Source: the human T2T-CHM13v2.0 reference genome, Homo sapiens
Length of the DNA stretch: 64,000 bases
Assembly (NCBI RefSeq): GCF_009914755.1
Contig: NC_060934.1
Direction: 5' to 3' (one strand)
The position numbers and the translations under genes were made by a program. This document shows, in pieces, positions 49,598-63,845 of the stretch (position 1 is its first letter; each line of letters starts with the position of its first letter). Below the pieces are notes generated by a model. The model was given only the letters and a program-made list of their open reading frames with translations, did no database searches and had not been told where the DNA came from.

Positions 49598-49998
<401 letters not shown>

Positions 49999-49999
49999 A

Positions 50000-52900
50000 T
50001 CAACTCTTTTTTCCTGGAATAAATCCCACTTTTCCAGGGTGAATAATTCTTTTTACATGTTACTGGATTTGGCGTGTAGTATTTTGCAACTTAAGAATTT
50101 TTGCATTAGTGTTTATAAGATAGATTTTTAGACGTTTCGTTATGGCCTTATCTGATTTTGATGTCAGGGTAATAGTGGTTTCGTAGAGTGAGTTGAGACT
50201 GGCTGCTTCTCTTCCATATTTTTGGAAGAGTTTGTGAACAAATGATATTAATTTATCTTTAAATGATTATAAAATTTCACCAGTGAAGCTATCTAGACCT
50301 TGTTTTATTTGTACAGGAGCTTTCAAATTACTAATATAATTGGTTTACTACTTGTGCATCTATTCAGAGTCTATATTTCTTTTAAAGTAAGGTTTAGTAG
50401 TTTGTGTCTATTTGTGAATTTCTCCATTTCATCTAAGTTATCTAATTATTGACATATATTTGTTCATACTACTTTGTTTTTTTGTCTATTTTATTATTTA
50501 TTTTGTTTTTATCTGTCTATTTTATTTATTATTAATGAATACTGAAAAAGTATTAGTCTTGCACATAGTGCCAGTTTCATATCATCTAAATCAGAATCCC
50601 AAATTTGAAACCTAAGGCATAATCCATTAGGATTTAAGGATAGCATATTTACCAAATTTTAATTATAAAATATGGGTGGTATTGGGAGACCTCCCGTGTT
50701 AACTCATGAACTTGGACTAGTCTCAGCAGAGTTATCACCACCCATAAGCCTGAAGGTTTGGTGGAGATTGAAGTTACTGGAATTGTATACTAAGACAAAA
50801 TATTTTTCTTCTTGAAAGCTTTTTTGTTGATCTGCCCATCATAGAAATCAACAAAATCTTTTTGAACTGAAAAATTTTAAATAATTTTCTGTGAACATGG
50901 ACAATAAGTAGCATGGTGGAACCCTGTCTCTCCTAAAAAAAGAATGCTTTCCATTTCTCTAAGATCAGTAGTGATGGCTTCTTAATTTCAGTGATTGAAG
51001 TTTTCTTTGTTTTTTAAAAATCTGTGTAGCTAAAGATTTGCTGATTTTTTTCTTTTCATAGAACTTTTTGGTTTTATATTTTGCATTGTTTTTCTCTTGT
51101 CTATGACATTGATTTCCACTCTAATCTTTACCATTTCCTCCCTTCTGCTGATTTTAGTTTCAATTTGTCCTTTCAGTGTGTTGAAGTAGAAGAGTCCATT
51201 ATTGATGTGAGATCTATCTTCTTTTTAAATATAGGTTTATAGCTCTAAATTTCACTACAGTCACTTAACTGCATTCCATATGTTTTGGTGTGATGTGTTT
51301 TATTTTCATTTATCTTAAAGCAATTTAATGTGATTTACCTTGTGATTTCTTCGTTGACCCATTGGTTATTTAGAAATGTATTATTTACTTTTCATGTATT
51401 TTTGATCTCTGAAAATTCAAACCACTCCTTAGTGAGTGGTAATTACATTTTATTTTGAGTGAAGAACATATTTCATATTAATTCAATGCCTTTAATTTTA
51501 CTGAGGCTTTTCTATGGCCTAGCATATGGCCTACACTGGAGAATATTCCATGTGTACTTGAGAAGCATATGTGTTCTGTTTTTTTTGTTTGTATGTTTGT
51601 TTATTTGTTTTGATTGTATGCTCAATTCATGCCTGTTTCAGGCCTTTTATTTTCTTGTTCATCTTTTGTCTAGTTGTCCTATCCACTACCTAGAGTGGAG
51701 TATGAAGTCTTTATTATTGTTGAATTGTCTATATCTCCCTTTAGTTTTACTTCATAGTTGGGAGTCTATTGTTAGGTGCATATTTTTAGAATTGTTATAT
51801 ATTCTTGATGGATTGAATCTTTTTATCAATATAGAATGTGTTTCTTTAGTAATTATTTAAACATCCATTTTGTCTAATGTTAATTTAGCCACACCATCCC
51901 TGTTATGGTTGCAGTTTACATGATGCATATTTTCCATCCATTTATCTTCAACTCATTTGTTTCTTTGAACCTAAAGTGTGTCTCCTGAGGACACCAAATA
52001 GGTAAATGTTATTTTTTTTACTACGATCTGACAATCTCTGCATTTTGACTGAACTGATTAATCCATTATTATTTAATGTTATTATTGTACAGTTAGATTT
52101 ACCTCTGCTGTTTTCTTTCTGTATATGTTTCATGTCTATTCCATCTTTATTTCTTTTTATTAATTAATAGACTATTTCATTTTAATACTTTTAATAATTT
52201 TTTTACTGTGGGTTTTTTTGGTTATTTTATTAGAGATTTCTCTAGGGCTTACTATATGTATGTGTGTGTCTATGTATATATAGACACACACACATATATA
52301 CATATATACACACATATATATTATATTAGATATTATATATATATATTAGAACCTACTTCAGACTTATACTAACTTAATTCCAATGAGATAGAAACTTTCC
52401 TCATACGTGCTGTATATATAACCTCCTCCCTTTTCTGTGCTATTTTATACATTTTACTTCTGCACACATATATAATACGTATGCGATACACTGATTTCAT
52501 ATAATTGTATGCCTTTTAAAGAAGCTAGGGAAAAAAGAAGAACATGTATGTATTTTCAGTATATATTTATAGGTTTATATTAGCCATATCATTGTTTCTG
52601 GTTCTCTTTATTTGTTTCTTTGGATTCAAGTTACTATCTGGAGTTATTTGTTTTTCTCCACGGAACATTGCTTACAAATGACCCTTTCTTATGGCGTTGT
52701 CAAACATATTGTATTTCTATATGCAAAAGTGTCAACAATGCAAGTATAGATATATATTTTATACATTTGCTTTTTTAATCAAGTAAGGGAAGTAAAGTAG
52801 AAATATGCAGTTATACATTTCTCTATAATTACCCATATAAGTACCTTTACTGGCACTCTTGGTTTTTTTTGTGGCTTCAAATTACTCTCTGGGGTAACCT

Positions 52901-53850
52901 TCTCTCAACCTGAGGAACTTTCTTTAGTAGTATCTGGTAAAGTGGCTCTGACAGCAAATAAATTCTCTCAGGTTTTTGTTTTTGCTTGGTTGGGATTTTG
53001 TGTGTGTGTGTGTGTGCATCTGTAAATGTCTGTATTTCAGCTACTTTCCTCTGAATATAGAATTCTTTGTTGGCAGACTTTTTCTTTCAGCTCTTTGCAT
53101 ATATTATTACCTGTCTTTGGTTTCCAGGGTTTCTGATGAGAAGTTGGTTTTTATTATCATCAGGGGTCCTTATAATGTGATGAGTCATTTTCCTTTTACT
53201 ACTTTCAAAACCCTGTCTTTGTGTTTCAGAGATTTTATTATGATGTGTCTGGGTTTAATTCTCTTTGCATTTATCCTACTTGGAGTTTGTTTGGCTTTTT
53301 GGATGTGTAGACTATTTTTTTTTATCACACATGAGAAATTCCCAGCCATTATTTCTTCAACTATTTGTTTATGTTACTTTCTGGTACTCCTATTATGCAT
53401 ATTTTGGTGTGCTTAATGATGTTCCATATTTCTCTGAGTCTCTGCTCATTTTTCTCCATTGTTTTTTTTCCGTTCTTCAGAATGTATCATTTTTATTGAA
53501 CTATTCTAAAGCTGACTGTTTCTTTTGCCAGCTTAAATCTACTGTTGAGCTCCTCTAGTGAATAAATTGTTTTATCCACTCTAACAATCTCTGTGTTTTA
53601 ATAGGTGTTTTTAGACTATTCACATTTTAAATGTTATAAAAATGTTATACAGTCATTGAAATGGATTATTATCTACCACTTTTATCATTGTTTTATATTC
53701 ACTGCATTTGTTAATCATTACTTTTTCCCACATTTTGTCTGTCTTTTGGATCTTAATTGAGCATCTTATGTGACTAGTGTATCTACTCTCTTATTAAAAG
53801 TGCCTTAAACTTTTTTTCATATTTAGCTTAGACTGTGCAATATACATTTT
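50000..53850 (-). mobile_element. Old L1M (MC/MD-type) ORF2/ORF1 remnants
   Basis: Antisense L1M motifs such as TTTCCATTTCATCTAAGTTATCTAAT-like and CTAAAGTGTGTCTCCTG; minus peptide ITLNNNGLISSVKMQRLSD (EN N-terminus-like). Confidence 0.7.
50471..50910 (-). repeat. Arm A' of the inverted duplication (inserted copy inside L1M)
   Basis: Reverse complement of 44823-45259; interrupts otherwise contiguous L1 sequence. Confidence 0.95.
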
Positions 53851-54505
53851 TCAAAACATGTTATTTGTTAAAAACAGTTTAGGTCAATATCAAAATTGAG
53901 AGGAAGGTAACAACATTTTCCCATATAATCCTAGCCTTCACACATGCATTGCCTCCATATAACCAAAATCCACCATTAGGGTGGTACATTCGTTATAATT
54001 GATGAGCCTATATTGATGTGTCATTATCAGCCAGAGTCCAAGGTTTACATTAGTGTTCACTCTTGCTGCTGTACGTTCTATGAGTTTGGACAAAGTGTAA
54101 TGACATATGTCCATCATTATAATATAATATAGAGTATTTTCACTGCCCTAAAAATCCTGTGTTCTGCCTTTTCAGCCCTCCCTCACCCAACCCTGAGCAA
54201 CCACTGATCTTTTAACTTTAGCCATAGTTTTGTCTTTTTCTGAATGTCATGTAGCAAACTCACATAGTATGTAGCCCTTTAGGTGATCTTATTGCACTTA
54301 GTGCTAGACATTCAAGTTTCTGCTATGTCTTTTCATGGCTTGATAGCCCTTTTTTTTTTTTAGCACTGAATAATGTTCCATTGTCTACATCTACCACAGT
54401 TTATTCAGTCACTTTTTGAAGGACATGTTGGTTGCTCCCAAGTTTGGAAAATTATGAATAAAACTGCAGTAAAAATCTGTGTACAGGTTTTTGTTTAGAT
54501 GTCAA

Positions 54506-54829
54506 TTTTATTTAATTTTTAAAAATTTTTGTGAGACACAGTCTCACCCTGTCTCCCAGGCTACAGTGCAGTGGTGTGATCTCAGCTCACTGCAACCTCT
54601 GCCTCCTGAGTTCGAGCGGATTCTCCTGCCTCAGCCTCCTGAGTAGCTTGGATTACAGGCACCTGTCACTAGGCCTGGCTAATTTTTTTTTTTTTTTTTT
54701 TGAAGGAGAGACAGGGTTCCACCATGTTGGTCAGGCTGGTCTCAGATCTCAAACTCCTGATCTCAAATGATCCGCCCACCTCGGCCTCCAAAGTGCTGAG
54801 ATTACAGGAGTGAGCCACCGTGCCCAGTT
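54506..54829 (-). mobile_element. AluS
   Basis: Antisense dimer with expanded central T run; TSD GA(TG/CA)TCAATTTTA. Confidence 0.92.
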
Positions 54830-57681
54830 GGACATCAATTTTAAACTCTTTTGGGTGAATACCAAGGAGTGCAATTGCTGTACTATATGGTAAAAACAAA
54901 TACAGCTGGAAAAAAAAATCTGTCACACTGTCTTCCATAGTGGCTGCATCATTTTGTATTCCCACTAGCAATAAATGAACATTTTTGTTGCTCCACATTG
55001 TAACCAGTATTTGGTGTTACCAGTGATCCAGATTGTGGTCATGCTACTAGGTGTATAGAAGTATCTAATTTCTATTCTAATTTGCATTTCCCTTATAACA
55101 TATGTAGAAATTTTTTAAATATACTTACATGCCATCTCTATGTATTCTTGGAGGAATTGTCTGTTAAGATATGTAGCCTATTTTTTATTGGGTTACTTCT
55201 GAGATCCCTATTCTGGGCCATTCATCTATCTATTCAAATATCTCACTGTTCTGATTACTGCACTTTCTTAAAAAGTCTTAGAATCAGGTAGTGTCAGTCC
55301 TCCAACTTTGTTCTTTAATATTGTCTTGTCAATTCTGTGTCTTTTGCCTTTCCATATCAATTTTATAGTTTATTGATATTGAAAAAAATAACTTGTTAGG
55401 ATTTTGAATGGAATTGCATTGAATCTACAGAAGCTACAGATCACGTTGGGAAGAACTGATATCTTGACAATATTTATTCTTCTTTTTGATAAACACGAAA
55501 TATCTCTCCATTTATTTAGTTTTCCTTTGGCTTTATTCAATACAGTTTTGTGGTTTTCTGCCTATAGATCCTGTACACATTTTATTAGATTTATAACCAA
55601 GTATTTCATTTTTTTGGGTTCTCATGTAAGTAATATTGTGTTTCTAATTTCAAATTGTCCATTTTCATTGCTGCTGTACAGGAAAGCAATTGACTTCTGC
55701 ATACAATCTTGTATCCTGCAGCCTTACTGTAATTCCTTAATAGCTCCAGGAGGTTTTCTGTCAGCTCTTTCAGATTTTCTACAAAGATGATCATGATGAT
55801 GTCATCTGTAAACAATGAGGTTTTATTTCTTCCTTCCCAATATGAATATATTTTATTTCCTTTACTTTTTTATTGCATTAGCATGAACTTTAGTATGATG
55901 AAGAAGAGCAATGGTGAGAGGAGACATCCTTGCCTTATTCTTGATCTTAGCAGGAAAGCTTCTACTTTTCATCATTAAAGATGATGTTAGTTACAGGGTT
56001 TTGCAGACATTGTTTATCACGTTGTGGAAATCCCCTCTTACTTGCTTACTGGGAGTTTTATTATAAATGAATATTGGATTTTGTCAAATTCTTTTTCTCC
56101 ATGGTATAATTGATTTAGGTATGTGATATAGTTATGTGATTTTTGATATAGTTATGTGATTTTTCTTCATTAGCCTGTTTGTACACTGATAGATTTAAGT
56201 TGCTAATATTTCATTGAAGATTTTTAAACCTATTTTGATGAGAGATATCAGTCTGTCATTTTCTTTTTTTGTGATGTGTTTATGTGTTTGAGGTATTTTG
56301 GTAATGCTGGCTTACTAGAAGGAGTTAGTCTCTGTTTTTATCTTCTAGAAGAGATTGTAGAAAATTTCTTTTCTAAAGGTTTTGTAGAATTCATAGTGAA
56401 TCCATTCAGGCCTCGTGCTTTCTGTTTTGGAAGATTATTAATTGTTGATTCCATTAATTTAATAGATATGGGCCTATTTAGATTATTTATTTATTTTTGT
56501 GTGAGTTTTCACTGATTGCAAGGATTTGATCCATTTTATATAACTTATCAAATCTGTGGGCCTAGAGATGTTCCCAGTACCTTTTATTATCCTCTTAATG
56601 TCCACGAGGTCTTTAGTTATGTCCTCACTTTCATTTCTGATATTAATAATTTGTGTCTTCTGTGGTTTTTTTTGTTGTTGTTATCTGGACTTGAGGCTTG
56701 TTGGTTTTATTGATTTTTATTAATAATTTCAAATAAATAGTTTTTTGTTTTGATTTCCTGTATTGATTTTCTGTTTTCAATTGTATTTATACTCTACTTG
56801 TTATTATTTATTTTCTGCTTACATTGGATTTTATTTGCTCTTCTTCTAGTTGCCTAAAGTAAAAGCTTAAATGACTATTTTTAGATCTTTCTTCTTTTCT
56901 AATATATGCATTCAATGTTATAAATTTCTCTCTAAGCACTAATTTTACTGCATTCCCCAAAAGTTATATTTTTGTTTTTTCTTAGATCAAAGTTTTTAAA
57001 AATCTTGAGATTTCTTCTTTGATCCATGTGTTATTTAGAAGTGTGTTGTTTAATCTTCAGTATTTTAGAACTTTTGATCTCTTTTTTGTTATTAAATTTT
57101 AGTATAATTTTATTGTGGTCTGAGAACAGATGTTGTATAATTCCTATTCTTAAAATGTTAAAGTATGTCTTATGTTTAGAATGTGGTCTGTCTTGGTAAA
57201 TGTTCCATGCGAGCTTGAGAAGACATATTCTTCTGTTGTTGGATAGTATTTTAAATCTAGTTGTTTATGAGTGCTATTGAATTCAATCATGTCCTTAACA
57301 GGTTTTCTGCCTGCTGAATCTGTCTACGTCTGTTAGAAGGGTGCTGAAATCTGCAACAACAATAGTGGATTTATTTATTTCTCTTTGCTGTTCTATCAGT
57401 TTTTGCCTTATATATTTTGATGCTCTGTTGTTAAGTGCATATACATTAAGGATTATTATGTCTTTTTGGAGAACTGACTCCTTTATCATTATTATGCACC
57501 ACTTAATCTGATAAATTTCCTTACTTTGATTATTTTCTGTTTAGAATGTTTATAGTTACTTTCACTTTCTTTTGATCAGTGGTTGCATGATGTATAATTC
57601 TCCATCCATTTGCCTTTAATTTACATGTGTCTTCATATTTAAAGTGGGCTTCTTGTAGACAATAAGCAGTTAGGTTAGGTC

Positions 57682-57948
57682 TTTTTTCTTTTTTTTTTTT
57701 TTGAGACAGAGTCTCGCTCTGTCACCCAAGATGGAGTGCAGTGGCGCGATCTTGGCTCACTGAAAGCTCTGCTGCCCAGGTTCACGCCATTCTCCTGCCT
57801 CAGCCTCTGGAGTAGCTAGGACTACAGGCACCCACCACCACCCCAGCTAAACTTTTATATTTTTAGTAGAGACGGGGTTTCACTGTGTTAGCCAGGATGG
57901 TCTCGATCTCCTGACCTCATGATCTGCACGCTTTGGCCTCCCAAAGTG
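57682..57948 (-). mobile_element. AluY-like, 5'-truncated by ~35 nt
   Basis: GTTCACGCCATTCTCC and GTGTTAGCCAGGATGGTCTCGATCTCC diagnostics; flanked by GTTAGGTCTTTT on both sides. Confidence 0.92.
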
Positions 57949-57956
57949 GTTAGGTC

Positions 57957-58257
57957 TTTTTTTTTTTTTTTTTTTTTTTGATGGAGTCTTGCTCTGTTGC
58001 CCAGGCTGGAGTGCAATGGTGCAATCTCGGCTAACTGTAAGCTCCACCTCCTGGGTTGACCCCATTCTCCTGCTTCAGCCTCCCCAGTAGCTGGGACTAC
58101 AGGTGCCTGCCACCACGCCTGGCTAATTTTTGTATTTTTAGTAGAGACGGGATTTCACCTTGTTAGCCAGGATGGTCTCCATCTCCTGGCCTCGTGATCC
58201 ACCCGCCTCAGCCTCCCAAAGTGCTGGGATTATAGGCGTGAGCCACCATGCCTGGCC
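57957..58257 (-). mobile_element. AluY-like (Yc-like), full length
   Basis: AAGCTCCACCTCC and CACCTTGTTAGCCAGGATGG; flanked by AGGTCTTTTTT. Confidence 0.92.
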
Positions 58258-58744
58258 AGGTCTTTTTTTTAATTCACTGTGACAATCTTTCTTTCAACTG
58301 GTGAATTTAGACATTTTATTTGCAAAATTATTATTGTATGAGTGTATCGACAATGATCAATTTGTATCAGTGTATCGACAATGTAGTTGGATTAATATCT
58401 ACCATATTTATTATTATTTTTTGTATATTGGCTTTGTTCATTGTTCTTACCTTTGTCTTCCCTCTTTTTCTACCTTTTGTTGTTTATTTGAGCATTTTAC
58501 ATATTTTTTCTCTATTTCTTAGTGTATAGTCATACTTTTTTTCTATTTTCCTTTTTTTTTGTAGTTGCACTAGAGTTAACAATATACAACTAAGTCCACT
58601 GTCAACTAAAACTGTCTTGCATCTTATAATAAAGAATATGTAAGAATTTTCCTGTGATTGTTATCCTTGTTTCTCTAGGTAAGGTAATTTTTTTCTTTTT
58701 TTTAACATTCTTTTTTTTTAAAGTTTGAATATGATATGCTGGTT

Positions 58745-59995
58745 TTTGCAGCTATAATTTTTTTATTAGTACTGCTTTTGCTGCATTGCATAAGTTTTTG
58801 TATGTTGTGATTTCATTTACATTTGTTTCAAGATATACTAAGTTTTCCTTGTGGTTTCTTCTCTGAACTATTGGTTTTTAAAGAGTATGTGGTTTAATTT
58901 CTGGATTTTCTAGTTTTCCTTCTGCTATTGATTTCTGGTTTCACTCCATTGAGATCAGAAAAGATGCTGTGTGAATTCAAGTGTTTTCGAAATTTATTAA
59001 GACTTATTTGTGACTAATATATGGCCTATCCCGTAAAATGTTCAATGTACTTTTGAAAAAAATGTATAATCTGTCGTTGTTGGTTGGAGTGTTCTGTATA
59101 ACTTTATTGTTCTTTGTCTGATTGTTTAAAGTGGGGTATTGAAGTGGGGTATTAAATGTTTTATAATTACTTGTACTGTTATTTTCCAGCTGTCTATTTC
59201 TTCCTTCCATGTTGTCAATGTTTGTTTCATATAGTTAGAAGCTCAGTGGTTGTCACATAGATTAATATTTTATCATTGTTATATCTTCGTGGTAAATTCA
59301 CTTTTTGTCTTATACAATGTATCTGGCAACCATGTTTAACTGAAAGCCCACTTTATATAATATTTATAGTATTAGTATAGCCACCCTGCTTTTTTTTGGT
59401 AACTATTTGCATAGAATATCTTTTTCTATCCTTTCACTTTTAACCTATGTGTGTTCTTATATCTAAAGTGAGTCTTTGGTAGACAGCATATAGTTGTATC
59501 CTTTAAAAAATGTATTTTTCCAATCCATGTCTTTTGACTGGAAAGTTTAATCCATTTGCATTTAAAGAAATTACTGGTGGGGATGGACTTACTATTGCCA
59601 TTTTGTTATTTCTTTTCTCCTTGTCTTATAGCTTCTCCTCCTCCATTTCCTCCCTTACTGCCTTCCTTTGAGTTTAGTTGATTTCTTTGTAGAGACCTTT
59701 TTCGATTACCCAATCAGTTTATTTTTGTTATTCTATAGATATTTTCAATGTGGTTATTATGGGAATTACATTAAAAAAATCCTGAAGTTATAACAATTTC
59801 TTTTATATTGATACTAATTTAGCTTCAGTTCCATACAGGAACTCTACTTCTTTACAGTTCAATCTCCCTTTATTTTATTGGTGTCACAATTACATGTTTA
59901 TGTTTTATGTCCCCATAAACATAAATTTATACTATGTAATGCCTTTTAACTCCTGTAGGAAATTTCAAAATGGATTGACAAACTAAATTACACTG
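58745..59995 (-). mobile_element. Old L1M ORF2 5'/inter-ORF remnant
   Basis: ACTGCTTTTGCTGCATTGCATAAGTTTT and TCTAAAGTGAGTCTTTGGTAGACAGCATATAGTTG. Confidence 0.7.
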
Positions 59996-62154
59996 ACTGT
60001 TCTTGCCTCAATGGGTTGATAGCAGCAACATTTGTTTGAGAGATAGCTATCCCTGTACCTCAGAAAATGGTCAAAAAAAAAAATGGTTATTTCATGGAAA
60101 AGTAGAAATTAAAGGTTTTGAAACAAGATAAGGCAGAAGTTGTAGAAGATTGTAGAGTTGATAGCTATAACATGGAACCTGTAAGTATACTTGAGAGAAG
60201 AAAATATTTAGGGTATATTTTGAAGGCCTATTATAAAAATAAAGCAACCCTTTGATTTAGAAATATGGAATTAGACTCATTTCTATTTTTATTGTTTAAC
60301 CATATACAATATGATATTGTTTTTAATAGTCTAAACATTTTTCAGATCTTATATATAACTTTATTATGTGGATATCTAGTATTAATCTGTTAGTATATAA
60401 TGTCAGCTATTAAAATATTTTGCAAATGTCTGTTATTATTGTTAGTTATTATACAATACAAATGGCTCAATGGCATTGAAAGTAAAAGGTCTTAGGCCAC
60501 ATAAAAATGTATCACTAAGTGATTAAATATATAACAAAAGCAGGATGCATTGAAGCATTTCACATTCAACAAGTCTAAAGGTAATAATTCCAATCAAAGA
60601 TGAAATGAAAAAGTTTTCTGATGAAAAAAAATTACTGGTTCATATTTTTGTTGTACCCTTATAGACTCTTAGATGGAAACATGTTTTTCTCTCTGCTACA
60701 TTACAGACATAAACAAAATAAACTTAAATATTAATAAGGAAATATGAAATATGATATAAATGTAAGAATGGGAAATAACTTGTATATCAGAAAATTACAA
60801 CCAGAAATAGAGTTTTCTGAATTTCTAGTTCAAGAGATAAAATCAGAAAATATTTAGCTATGCACTCTAATTTCTACAAATTAGAAAATGTTTAGCTATG
60901 TTTAATTTAATCTAATTAACATGAGATATAATATGTACACACGGGTATGTGCATACATACCTCTTGAGAAATGGGAGAAGGGTGGTTTTTCATCATTAGA
61001 GAAGATATCTTACAATTATATGAAAAAAAGCATAGGCTAATACTATAAAATAAACAAGGATAGAGGAAGCCAGACCCAGCACATACTCCAGAGGAAGGCT
61101 GTAGGTGATGTGGGACAGTGTTTTCTAGCTGCAGAGAGGTTCCAAACTCTGTGTCCACAAGTCCAGAAAACAGCAAGTACCACAAGTAAGCAGCTACAGA
61201 GATTAATCAAGGGAATATACACGGAACAATTTGGTCAAACCTCCTTTTCCAAGTTCTTTCCCAGCCCTTCAGCCTCCTACACAAAGAAATTAGAATCTGT
61301 GGTATTTGCACTTCATCCAAAACCAGATATTTTTCTTAAGTAGATGATCTTCCTTGGGAGATTTAGAACTCCCAGAAGTTGTATGTGACAGAAGATCTGT
61401 CACATACAAGAAAGCATTTCTTATTTCAGCGTGTTGTAGAGTCATCTGCTTGTCTATTCCTGGTCATGATATCCCCAAGTAAGTTTGTCAAGACAATGAG
61501 CACTCTAGAATATATTCCCCCTTATACAATTTTCAAATCTAAAATACAGAGAAAGTGATAAAGATTTTTTTCTTTTTCGGAATGACATAACAGATTGTCA
61601 ACAAAGAACCAGATTGATGTTTGACTACTCATCAGTAAAAATTACCGCAAGATGGTGGGTCAATGACATCACAATTCTCAGGGAATGTTATTTTAAACTA
61701 CATTTTACACTAAATGCCAGACTATTTAAGTATTTAGAAAAATAGGTTTTATGTCATGAAGGGAGTTAACTCCTAATAAACTCTTTCTGAAGTCTACTAC
61801 GTATCTTACACCAAAACAAAGCAAAGTTAAAATCAAAAGAAAAAAATTTGATGATGGACTTCAAGAAACAAAAAAGTGAAATCCAAGAAAGAAACAGCAT
61901 AAGATCCAAGAAAAAGTGGGAAGAAAAGGGAGGAAGGAGCTGACCTAGAAAACAATTCAGACATCTAGAACGGGAAGACCAGAGGAATCAATTCAGTTCC
62001 AGAAGACAATTGATGTACAGTAAGAATAATGTAACTGATTAATTTGACAAATATTGAGAGATTATTGTAACAAGCACTGCTCTTGGTTTTGGGGACAGAG
62101 CAGTGAACAGGCAGAAAAGACATTGGCTCCTTTGAAAGTATTTTAAGTATGGCA

Positions 62155-62625
62155 TTTTTTTTGACACCCACTCCAACTGGTTTATTGCAATTCAGTTCTG
62201 GCGCTAGCCTCCCAAAATTAGCACAGATGCCACAAGTTAAAAGACACAGTCCTCAACAAGTCTTTCCTTAATTTAGATGCCATCCACAAGTGAAGTCCCC
62301 AAACCACCCACTCATCTGACCAATTGGCTACAAATCCAGGGGGTTCCCATGATCCTCTTCAAGTTAGATAATTCACTAAAATGACTCACAGAACTCAGGA
62401 AAGTGCTACATTTATTATTACAGTTTTATTATAGAAAATACAAAGTCAAGAATGGCCAAAGAGATATACATAGGGTGAGATCTGGGAGGGTTCCAAACGC
62501 AGAGCTGCATGACCTCTCCCTGTGGAATCTGGGTATGTTACCCCCCTGGTACATCAATGTATTCATCAACCAGGAAGCTCCACCAAGCTTTGGTGCCCAG
62601 AAGTTTTATTGGTATCTCATTGCCT
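62155..62625 (-). mobile_element. MER21-family LTR fragment
   Basis: GGCTACAAATCCAGGGGGTTCCCATGA...GACTCACAGAACTCAGGAAAGTGCT. Confidence 0.75.
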
Positions 62626-62755
62626 ATTTCTCAACCATATCACATAGGGAAAGTTTAACTCATAATTAATATCCAAATACAATGTTACTTTTACTCTGAA
62701 AACTTTTACATAGGCATCCAGTCATTTAAGATTTTTCTTCCCCTAAAGAATTTAT

Positions 62756-63057
62756 TATAGTGGATGCTGTGTTGTGCTTCCCAGACCCTTACTTTAAGGT
62801 TGAGCTACTCATTTCCTTAGATGGTTGCAATGTTCCCTGCTGACAGCAACAAATACTTCCCTTTAAGAGAATTGTCCTCTGCTTTAGGTTGCTGTCTTGC
62901 TCAAGGTTAAAGAGTTTCTCTGAAACAACCATCATCCAATGACTGGCGATGTTTCAATAAAATGTCTTGGACCTTTGATTTAGTTAGGAACAATTTTAAA
63001 GGGACAGCCCTGCTCCAATTATCTTGGAGGGATCAGCTAACATCTCTGTTGCAACTA
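62756..63057. mobile_element. LTR16-like (ERVL) fragment
   Basis: TAGTGGATGCTGTGTTGTGC...GAGAATTGTCCTC...TTGCTCAAGGTTA...CTCTGTTGCAACT. Confidence 0.6.
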
Positions 63058-63845
63058 TAGTCATGCATCACTTAACGATGGGGATACATATGTTCTGAGA
63101 AATTTATAATTAGGCAATTTCATAATTGTGTAAACATCAGCGAGTGTACTTATACAAACCTAGATACATAGCCTACTACACACCTAGACTATATGGTATG
63201 GCCTGTTGCACCGAGGCTACATCTTTTACAGAATATTGCTGTACTGAATACTGCAGGCAATTTTAACATAGTATCTAAACATAGAAATGGTACAGTAAAA
63301 ATACAATATAAAATATTTTTCAAAATAGCACACCTGTATAGGGAATTTACCAATAATAGAGCTTGCTGAACAAAGTTACTTTGGATGACATAGTGAGAGA
63401 GTGGTAAGTGAATGTGAAGGCCTAGGAGATTACTGCACACAAACACTACACACTTAGGCTATGCTAAATTTATTAAAATATTTTTCTTTAATAATACATT
63501 AGCTTTCACTTACTGTTTTTACTTTATAAAGCTTTTAATTTCTTAAACTTTTTGAGTTTTTTGTAATAGCACTTAGCTTAAAACCCAAATTGTACAGCCA
63601 TACAAAAATATTTTCTTTCTTTATACTCTTATTCTACAAGTTTTTTTTCTATTTGTAATTTTCTTAAAATTTTTACTTAAAAATTTTTTTTTAAAAGCTA
63701 AGACACAAATACACACATTAGCTTAGGCCTGTAAAGGGTCTGGATCTTCAATAGCACAGTCTTCTACCTTTTTACATCTTGTCCCATTGGAAGGTCTTCG
63801 TGGGCAACAACACACGTGGAGCTGTCATCTCCTATGAAACAATGC
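63058..63845 (+). mobile_element. Tigger3/Golem-family DNA transposon (Tigger3b-like), partial
   Basis: TA then TAGTCATGCATCACTTAACGATGGGGATAC...GTTCTGAGAAA terminus; CCTACTACACACCTAG; AAGACACAAATACACACATTAGCTTAGGCCT. Confidence 0.85.

Larger units (their letters stand above)
53862..58740 (-). mobile_element. L1MC1-like element (3'UTR + ORF2) with Alu insertions
   Basis: 3' end AAAATTGAGAGGAAGGTA...GGTACATTCGTTATAATTGATGAGCCTA; minus peptides FTDDIIMIIFVENLKE and IIILNVYALNNRASKYIRQKLIE. Confidence 0.8.

Noticed and set aside
51459-56713. Hydrophobic 100-146-aa ORFs resembling membrane proteins
   Set aside because: Artefact of reading T-rich antisense L1 (F/L/C/Y-rich).
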